Source: Reclinomonas americana ATCC 50394
Lineage: Eukaryota
Assembly: GCA_048213135.1 (NCBI GenBank)
Contig: PS015201.1
Span: 90,619 to 110,618, forward strand
Direction: 5' to 3'
Length of the DNA stretch: 20,000 bases
Of the stretch, positions 1 through 8,124 are shown one piece after another (within the stretch, counting starts at the first letter, position 1; each line of letters opens with the position of its first letter). The notes under the pieces were generated by a model. The model did not search any database. It worked only from the letters and a program-made list of their open reading frames with translations, and was not told where the DNA came from. Position numbers and translations under genes: made by a program.

Positions 1-258
1 ATGGGAATGGTGCTGGTGCAGCTCGTCACTGGCAAACCGGTGGCCACGGTGGGCGAGTGGTCCGAGGAGTGGCACGAGTCGCCAGAGTCGCTGCGCGTGA
101 TGGAGCTGGTGGATGTCGGGGAGGGCGTGGAGTGGACGCCGCGCGTTGCGGAGCCGATGTTTGCGCTCGGCATGCGGTGCATGAGTTTGCAGGCGAATCG
201 ACCGACGGCGCAGGAGGTGCTCGAGGTGATGCGCGGTGTGCGGGAGGTGTGTGGGTAG
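1..258 (+). CDS. 3' terminal exon (partial) of an IRAK/Pelle-like protein kinase; paralog of the gene at 871-4861
   Basis: MGMVLVQLVTGKPVATVGEWSEEWHESPESLRVMELVD...WTPRVAEPMFALGMRCMSLQANRPTAQEVLEVMR aligns almost residue-for-residue with 4589-4861 (MGVVLAQLVTAKPAKTVSEWSAELDDSPASLRVMRLVD...WTPRVAEPMFELGMRCMSMRHDRPTAQEVVDGMR). This is kinase subdomains IX-XI. The gene starts upstream of the window. Confidence 0.88.
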   Translation: MGMVLVQLVTGKPVATVGEWSEEWHESPESLRVMELVDVGEGVEWTPRVAEPMFALGMRCMSLQANRPTAQEVLEVMRGVREVCG

Positions 259-788
259 ATTGTAAAGAAAGGAGTGATGCATGAGTTGCGATGGGTAGCT
301 CGAGCGGCCCGGCAAAGATAATGTGCATTCGATGGTGGATCGTGGCGTTGCCTGCATGTCGCCAGAACCAGTGACGAGAGCGGGAGAGTGGGAACTGCAT
401 TTAGTGAGCAATGGATCTCAGCTTCAGAGTCCCTTCCACGTTCCAGACCACCTCGTCGTGTTCAGCATGCCTCTGATATGGCTCCGAAACCTAGGGGCAC
501 TCGGAATAATAGGACTGAATCTCAGAAGCAAGTGAGAGACTGCTCTGCTCGTGAGTCTCTTGCACCACACTCCATGCACTTCAAAGAAACCAAGACGTCG
601 ACGTCGCCTTGTCTGAAACTGTGCAGGTACCACACCAGTGAGTCTCTGCGCGATAGTGAGTGAGAGAGAACTAAAGACCTATCGCCGCCGTCGGTGCAGC
701 ATGAGAAGCGCACGACGTCCACTCTCTGACAAGATTTGCAGGACAACAAACACGACAAAACTTGTCGGCGCAGAGAAGGCTGCGTGGA

Positions 789-848
789 GTGCGTGTGTGC
801 GTGTGTGTGCGTGCGTGTGTGTGTGTGTGTGAGAAAGAGAGAGAGACA
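789..848. repeat. (GT)n/(GA)n microsatellite just upstream of the ankyrin-kinase start
   Basis: gtgcgtgtgtgcgtgtgtgt...gagaaagagagagaga. Confidence 0.85.
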
Positions 849-870
849 GTGACAAGCGCCCACCCAAGAA

Positions 871-3800
871 ATGAGCTCGAGGTCTGTCTTTTCCCCGTTG
901 TCAGAATACCTTCATCTCTTTCTCCCTCATCCCTTCCCCTTCATCCCTCATCCCTTCCCCCATCCCCCTCATCCCTCATCCCGCCCTTCCCCCTCACTCC
1001 TCCCTTTCCCTCTTCAGAAAAAAAGCATACGAACTCGCCGCCGCCGGCAACCTCAAATCCCTCCGCAAGCTCGTCGCCCGCAAAGGCGCCCACACCCTCC
1101 TCCAACGCGACGAAATGAGCAGCGGTGGCGGCTCGGCCTTTGACTGGGCCGCCCAGCACGGCCACCTCCCCGTACTCGAGTACCTCTGGGAGGAGAGCGG
1201 CGTCGGCCCGCAACTCGCCCGCCTCGTCAACGACTCGGGATGGACGCCATTGATGGAGGCCGCCTATTATGACCACCTGCCAGTGGTCGATTGGCTGCTG
1301 GCCGATGCGCGACGGTGTCCGCTGGAAATGGTGCTGGCCGTGACCAATGAGCGCTCGTTTGATCCGCAATCGACGGCGTTGCATGTGGCCGCTGTGAAGG
1401 GACATGAGGCGGTGGTGCAGTTGCTGGCCACGAGATTCCCCGAGTTGATGTCGATGGTGGATGCCAAGGGGAAGACGGCGGCGCAGAGGGCACGTACGAA
1501 TGATAGGGTGCAGGTGGCCGAGTTGCTGGAGCGGCTGGCTCAGTCGCCACCGCCACGTGAGCAGGAAGGTGAAGGTGCGGTGTTGTTGTCTGATGCTGTT
1601 CTTGTTTTCCGCTGCTCACTTTTTTCCCTTGTCGTTGCAGGGGTGACACGGCAGGTGAGAGTCCTTCTCCTCCTTGCTCTTCACCTTCGCAGACTCTCCT
1701 TCGTGTCTTGTTCTTTGCCTGCTCTTTTCGGATTTCTTCGTGTCTCTTATTCTTCTCCTCCTCTCTTCTTCTTCTCCTCCTCCCTCTCCTCCGCCTCCTC
1801 CTCCTTCTACAGCCGAGTCTCTTCTTCTTCTTCTCCCCCTTCTCCTTGTCCCGTAACAGCTGAGTCTCTCCGCTCTTCTTCTTCTCTCATTTCATTTTCT
1901 CCTCCTCTTCCTCCTTCTCCACTTCCTCCTTCTCCTTCTCCCCTTCTACAACTGAGTGTCTCTTCACTCCTCTTCGCGCAGAGACTCCATCCACTCCTCT
2001 TCTTCGATTCTTGTTCTTCTCCTGCTTTTCCTCATTTCTTCGTCTTTCTTCTTCTCTCCGTTCTATTTTCTCCTCCTCTTCATCCTTCTCTTGCTCCTTC
2101 CCCATTTCATTCTCCTCTCTGTCTTTCTTCGTCCTTCACCTCCTCATCGTTCCCCGTCTACAACTGAGTCTCTCTCCTCTCCTCTTCTTCATGTCATCCT
2201 CTTCTCCTGCTTTTTCTTCTTGTTGACTGCTCTGGTTTCTTGTACTTCTGGCTCTATTTCCACCTCGCTTTCTTCTACTTCTCCCGTTCGCTCTCGCCCT
2301 CTTCCCTCCATCTTCTTCTCCCTCTCCCTCCCCTCCCTCTCCTTCTCCTCCACCACTTCCTCCTTATCGTTCTTTTTTCTTCTCTCTCCTCATCCTCTTC
2401 CTCTTCTTCTTCTTCGTCTTCGTCCTCTTCTCTCTTCTCCTCTCTTCTCCTCTGTTCTCCTTTCTTCTCTCCATTTTCTTCCCCTTCTTCTTCTTTTCCA
2501 TCTTCTTCTTATCCCCCTTTCTTCCTTCTTTCTTATTCTCCCCTCCCCTTCTCCTCGTCCTCCCCCTCTTATTTCCCCTTGTTCTTCTTCTTCTTCTCTT
2601 CCTCCTTCTCCTCCTTCTCCTCCTTCTCCTCCTTCTCCTTCTCCTTCTCCTCCTCCTCCTCCTCCTCCTTCCCCCTCTCACTTCCCTTCGCAGCCCCCGC
2701 CTGACGACTCGCATCTCACACTCATCGCCGACCTCCAACGCGACCTGGCCGCCGCGCTGCAGGAGCGCGCCCAACAGCAGCTGGAGTGGGACCGACAGCG
2801 ACGAGAGCACGAGGACACCATGGCGCAGCTGCAACAGGCCATGGCCGACCTGCAGCACGGCAACGCGGCGGGGCAGCAGCAAGTCGCGCACCTGCAGCGT
2901 GCGCTGGCCTACGAGCAGCAGAAGAACGCCCAGTTGCAGCGCACCAACTCGGAGCTGCAGCAGGCGCACGCCGGCGAGCTGCAGAGGGATGCCCAGCTGC
3001 AGCTTGCGCAGCAGCAAGTCGCCCAACTGCAGCGAACCGTCGCCGAATGCCAGCAGCGAGCGGATCAGTGGCAGCGAGCCAGCGCGGAGAAGCAGGCTGA
3101 GCGGGATCGAATCGCCGCGCAGCTGACAGTGGCGTTGCACGACAAGGACGAGCTCACCACGCAGCTTCAGGAGAAGGAACATGTTGTCGCGCAGCTGCGA
3201 CTGGAACTCCTCCTCGCGCGAGGTCTGCTTCTGGCTGTTCTTTTTTTGCGCCGCCTTATTCTCAATTCGCTGCAGTTCACACGTCGGTGCAGCGTTTCGA
3301 GTGGGCGGAGATTGAGCAGGCCACCAACTCATTCGCGGATGACCTGAAGGTCGGTGAGGGCGGTCAAGGCGCCGTTTACATCTGCAATCTCCAGGAAGCC
3401 CATGTGGCCATCAAGGTGCTTGATCCCGAGGCCCCGTGGACGATGGAGTCGTTTGAGAGTGAGGTCTGCCTCGTCCTTTTCTGCTTCTATTTCTTTCTGC
3501 TCATCTGTCTGCAGGTTGCCACTCTCGGGCGCCTGCGCGACCGTCGCATTGTGCCTCTTGTCGGTTATTCGGTGGGCGACGACAGGGCGCGTTGTCTCGT
3601 TTACAAGGCCCTGCAGTGCGTTGTTCATTGATCTCTCTTTCTCCATCATTGCCTCACTTAAAAAGCACGCAGAGTTCCCAACCTGGAAGATCTGTTGCTG
3701 CTGCCGCGTGCCGGTCGTGTGCCACTCTCTGTCGTGCAGCGTGTGCAGATTGGTCTCGGACTGGCTGAGGCTGTGGCCTTTTTGCACAAGGTTCGCACCA

Positions 3801-4468
3801 CCATCTAGTCAGGGACCTTGCTCTCTCTCTCTCTCTCCCTCGATTGCCACAACTCTTTTCACTCTCTGTCATGTTTTTTATTCCCCACTCTTCGCTCATC
3901 CTGCTCCTTCTTGTGTCACCATCTTTACTTTCTACCGTTCTGTCATCATGCCTCATCACTGTTGCTCCCCTTGCCGCACACATCGTTCCTCTTCCATCTG
4001 TCCCTCTCTCGCCCCTGCTTTTCTCCATCTTTGCGTTCCGCCGTTGTGCCTCTGTCACTCTTGATCCCCTTCCGCACTCTTCGTTTTGTCATGCTCCTCC
4101 TGTTTTCCACTCTCGCTGCTTTCTGTCATTTTCTCTCAGTCGCTCTTCGTTCCCCCCTTCTCCTCCCGTTGTTCTCTCCGTGCCTTCAGTCTTCGTTTCA
4201 GCTTCCACCCTTCTGTTTTGCTTTTCTCCTCCCTTCGCTCACTCTCCTGCATTAGATGCTCACTTCCCTCATCTCTGTTCTCTCTTTCACGCGCTTTTCC
4301 GCAGAATGATGTGGTGCACCGCGACATCAAACCCGCCAACATCCTCCTCGACCACAAGCTCGAGCCTTGCCTCGGCGACTTTGGCATCGCGCGATCGATT
4401 GCAAGTGACAAGGTACGAACTCTTCTTCTCCTTCTCTTCTCTCCTCGTTCCTCGTCTCCCCTGTCTCA

Positions 4469-4500
<32 letters not shown>

Positions 4501-4861
4501 GTCAACGACCGCCGCCGGCACCATGGACTACATGGACCCACTGTCGCTCCGCATTCGTCGCCCGCTGCCGAAAAACGACGTGTACTGCATGGGCGTGGTG
4601 CTGGCGCAGCTGGTCACCGCCAAGCCGGCAAAGACGGTGAGCGAGTGGTCGGCGGAGTTGGACGACTCGCCAGCCTCGTTGCGCGTCATGCGGTTGGTGG
4701 ACGCTAGTGCGGAGTGGACACCGCGCGTCGCCGAGCCCATGTTCGAGCTCGGCATGCGGTGCATGAGTATGCGACACGATCGACCGACGGCGCAGGAGGT
4801 GGTCGACGGGATGCGTGCACTGCGCGAGGCGTGCGGGCGGTACACGTCGGTTGTTGCATGA
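871..4861 (+). CDS. Ankyrin-repeat + coiled-coil + IRAK/Pelle/RLK-like kinase (multi-exon)
   Basis: Hand-built exons, all GT-AG and phase-consistent: 871-881, 1018-1574 (alternative donor after 1568), 1641-1654, 2694-3222, 3276-3463, 3515-3615, 3673-3790, 4305-4412, 4502-4861. Ankyrin motifs: SAFDWAAQHGHL, GWTPLMEAAYYDHL, STALHVAAVKGHEAVVQLL, DAKGKTA. A Q/L-rich heptad coiled coil follows. Kinase motifs: RFEWAEIEQATNSF...VGEGGQGAVY, VAIK, FESEV, IVPLVGYS...CLVY, LSVVQRVQIGLGLAEAVAFLH, HRDIKPANILL, GDFGIAR, GTMDYMDP, DVYCMGVVL, RPT. Confidence 0.9.
1655..2693 (+). repeat. ~1 kb intron of CT-rich low-complexity sequence
   Basis: GTGAGA donor at 1655 and TTCGCAG acceptor at 2693. The interior is almost all C/T (ctt, cct, ctcctt units). 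Confidence 0.85.
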
Positions 4862-5467
4862 CGACTGTGGCGCGTGAAGGAAGAGCAGAGGTGGCCATGA
4901 GACAGACCGTGTCCACGGTCCGGATCAACCAAGTGCATCCGTTCTCTCAGGAGCACAGAAGAGTGTGAGCTGCAATTGACAACAACGATTCATTTACCAC
5001 TGTCTTGATGACCAAGTTCAAGCACATGCAAAACATTAACACAAACACCAATCTTGAGGCAACAGCAGGTTTCATGTGTGTGTGTTCGCTCTCGGAGCTC
5101 CGAACAAGTCGAGAACTGCGATCTTCACCGCGTTAGCGTGGTTGACCAGTGGATTACGAACTTGAATTATGTCGTCACAGCACCAAGAGTGCTACAACGA
5201 TCTCGAGTTCAGCGTCTTCGAAGGTCACTGACGCCAAGTGCGCCACGAAGTCTTTTGAGCTCGATACGCGATTGCCTCCTGAAAGGGAAGTTGAAGACGA
5301 CTGTTGCAGTTCTGTCTCTCATCGATGAAGCTGCAGCTCTAAAGGTCAGAGAAAGAATCCGTGATCGAAGAACGTTAACGCAGCCTTCATATGCATATGC
5401 ATGGCTTCTTCTCGTTCTTTCCGTGATGTCTGAGTTTCTGGTGCTCACTCTGGTGATCATCACGCAG

Positions 5468-8124
5468 CTGTGTTGCTGTTTGGATTGGTAAAGTTGTTGT
5501 TGTTGTTGTTGTCGTTGTGCATCGCTCCTTCTGTTCTGCAACATCGCCAATGCATTTGTCGGGTTCGGAAACGGCTTCCTGTTGTCCGGCACACTCTCGT
5601 CCTCTCTCTTTCTCTCTCTTTCCTCAGCGCGCGCGGATGCGCGACTGCCTGTGTGCCCTCCACGATGCCTTTTGTTGCGTGACGCCCCCTGCACACACAC
5701 ACACACACACTCCACACTTATCTCACGCTCACGCTCACCACACAGGGCCATGTGTGTGCACAACAACATGGTGAGCAGATACTCCGACCTCTCACACACG
5801 CTCATTCACTTGCTCACAGCCGCACAGCTGCATTGCCCAGTACGCCATCAACTACATCAAACTCCGTTCGTCCCTCTCCGCCTGCTCTCCCTCACTCATC
5901 TTGCGATCTATTGACATGCCTCTCCATTCAGAGCGATACAAGGAGTACAGTCGATTATCCATGTTTCACAGCTTCGACAAGTGCTTCGACTGCGAAGAGT
6001 CCATCAGCTGCTGCATACAAACAGCTGCAGGTGGGTAGATATCGTGCTGCATGCACAGGTACTTCTGTGTTGTTGACTCACCTTCATTGCAGGTTCTCTT
6101 TGTTTCTGTGGTGTTGCGTTACTCTGTATCATTCCAGCTCCCATTGCATCTCATGCCTTGATCTCACTGCTGCTTTTTTTGAAGCTGCCCGGTGTCATGG
6201 CAGAATTGGATCCGGACTACGCGCAGCTGCAGGAGGATGTTGACAACACGGACTATCGTGAATGCTGTCGGTGTTTCTTGTCGTGCAACTTTTGGTGTCG
6301 TTGCGTGATCATCTCTGAGTCGTCTCACGTCTCACGTCTTGTCATTTCTTGTCCTCCTTCCCACTTTTCTCTGCTCTATGTGCCTCCTTCCCCCTTCCGG
6401 GATCCCCTCTCACTCCACGGACTTGCCATCTCACGCGATTGCATCACAGACTGTTGCCTCCCGTTCTGTACCGTGTGCTACACTGGGTACCGCCTCAACA
6501 GAATACAACGCGCCTACGGTGCCGGATTGCCTCCACGAACAAGCATTCGCCGCGAAGCAGTCTCCCCTGTATCCTCGCGACTAGCGGATCCGGCGGGCGA
6601 TGCCTGGCCAAACTCTATCAGCTCACCGCGAGTGGAGATGCGGCCAGCACCACCCCCTCCAGCAAGAGCACCTCCTCCACCACCACCACCACCACGAGCG
6701 GCTACTGCTCCGTATGTGCCCGTGACGGTGCGTCGAGTAACAGATGGCTCACTGCGTTGCGAGTCGTGCCTCGGCAGCGACTCCGGAACCGCTGTGTACT
6801 CCTTGCCATGTGTGCACGGCATCCACGCCGAGTGCTTGGTGGCTGCGCTGCGTGACGACTTGCAGGCCGGCAGGAAGGTCCGATGCAGTGCCACAGGCTG
6901 CAATCGAGGTTCGCGCACGAGTGAAGTGAGGGTGCGTCTTCTTGTACATTGCACTCACTGGGACGATCAGAGGTGCCACCGGAGATTGTGGGATCGGCAG
7001 TGGCCGACCAGCATGTCAAGCCACTGGGCGAGGAGTACAACGATTTCCTCAATCGCCAGTTTGTCGAGTCGGTGTTGCATGGCGTGTCGTGCCCGAATCC
7101 GCAGGTGAGGCGAAGAGAGGAAAGGAGAGGCAAAGGGAGTGGCAGAAGGGGAAGGGAGAGAGAGGGAGAGAGGGAGAGAGAGAGCGCGCGCGCGCGCAGA
7201 CTCAAGGAGGAAAGGAACAGGCAGCATGCAGCGTTGGTGTGGACTCGAATGGGAAGGGAATGGGAAAGACATGCATGCAAGAGAATTTGAGAACAGGAGT
7301 CCAGCGGATAGAGCCAGCAGACTGCAAAAAGATGAGAGGCGGAAGAGGAGAGCGGCATGAATGGAGTGCTCTTGATCATTGCAGTGTCGACGGATGGTGG
7401 AGGCCGCTGAGGTGGGGCAAGTGTGCATCAACTGTGCTCAGTGTGGAACAAGGTGAGTGGGGGTGAGAGAGAAAGCAAGAGAGCAATTCTCTTCGGGCAA
7501 AGCGCCTTCTTGTACCTCTCTTCACACCGCCTTGCTCTCTCCCTCCGCACCAATTCTCTCGTCAACACACAGCTTGCTACTATTCATTAATTCCACCTTT
7601 TGTGTCACCGCCACCAGGTTGTGCTCACGGTGCGGCTGTCGCCGTCCACCCACCGCCACCACCTGCGACGTGTGCGACGACGCCGAGCGCGCCCTCAACA
7701 CCGATCTGCAACGGTGTGGCACCAAGCAGATCAGTGGCCTTCCTGGTGCGGTGCCCGAAGTACGCGCCTGCCCGCGGTGTCGGAACTTGCTGTGTGAGTC
7801 TCCGGATCCCTGTCTGTTTTGCTGCTGCAGCTGCTCACGATGCATGTACAGCGCACATGGAGGCATGCAAGCACGTCAAGTGTTCGCAGGTGTGTCGTGG
7901 AGGGAGGGTGCACCTCTCTTGCCTCCGAAACTGACAGCTGTTACGTTTGTAGTGTCAGTCCGAGTTCTGTTTCCGCTGCCTGCAAATCCGGCCAGTGGGC
8001 GGCGTGTGGCCGTTGCGTGTGCGGCTGTTTCCCGTACGGGCTTCATGGTCCTCACTGCAACTGCACTTGCAGGTGTGGCTCGTTCAGCCACCCCTGCCCA
8101 ATCGCACCGCGACAGAGCTTCTGA
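5468..8124 (+). CDS. Cys-rich/hydrophobic (PLAC8-like) N-terminus + Pro-rich linker + RBR-type E3 ubiquitin ligase
   Basis: RBR exons are well supported: ..6908, 6971-7104, 7385-7452, 7618-7793, 7852-7889, 7953-8011, 8073-8124. RING1: CESC...CVHGIHAEC...CSATGC. IBR: CPNPQC...CAQCGTRLCSRC...C. RING2: CPRCRNLLSHMEACKHVKCSQCQSEFCFRC; the protein ends CPIAPRQSF*. Upstream exons 5932-6030 and 6093-~6257, then 6450 onward, give FDKCFDCEESISCC...LCFCGVALLCIIP...LISLLLFLKL...CCLPFCTVCY. The 5'-most microexons (5468-5487, 5746-5770, 5828-5839) and the start codon are uncertain. Confidence 0.8.

Noticed and set aside
259-870. Short ORFs between the two kinase genes
   Set aside because: No motifs, and codon usage is unlike the real exons; likely UTR or promoter sequence.
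1655-2693. Long S/P/L/F-rich (+) and R/E/K/G-rich (-) ORFs such as 1956..3347 (5' half), 2240..2704 and 2364..3332
   Set aside because: They are artefacts of stop-free CT-rich intron sequence bounded by phase-consistent splice sites, or antisense shadows of the real exon.
3464-3514. Apparent transmembrane segment (CLVLFCFYFFLLICLQ) inside the kinase
   Set aside because: It is a 51-nt in-frame GT-AG intron; removing it restores FESEVATLGRLR.
5054-5491. 145 aa ORF with a hydrophobic C-terminus
   Set aside because: It has a non-ATG start and no recognisable motif. Its 3' end is better explained as intron plus a microexon of the downstream RBR gene. It is not fully excluded.
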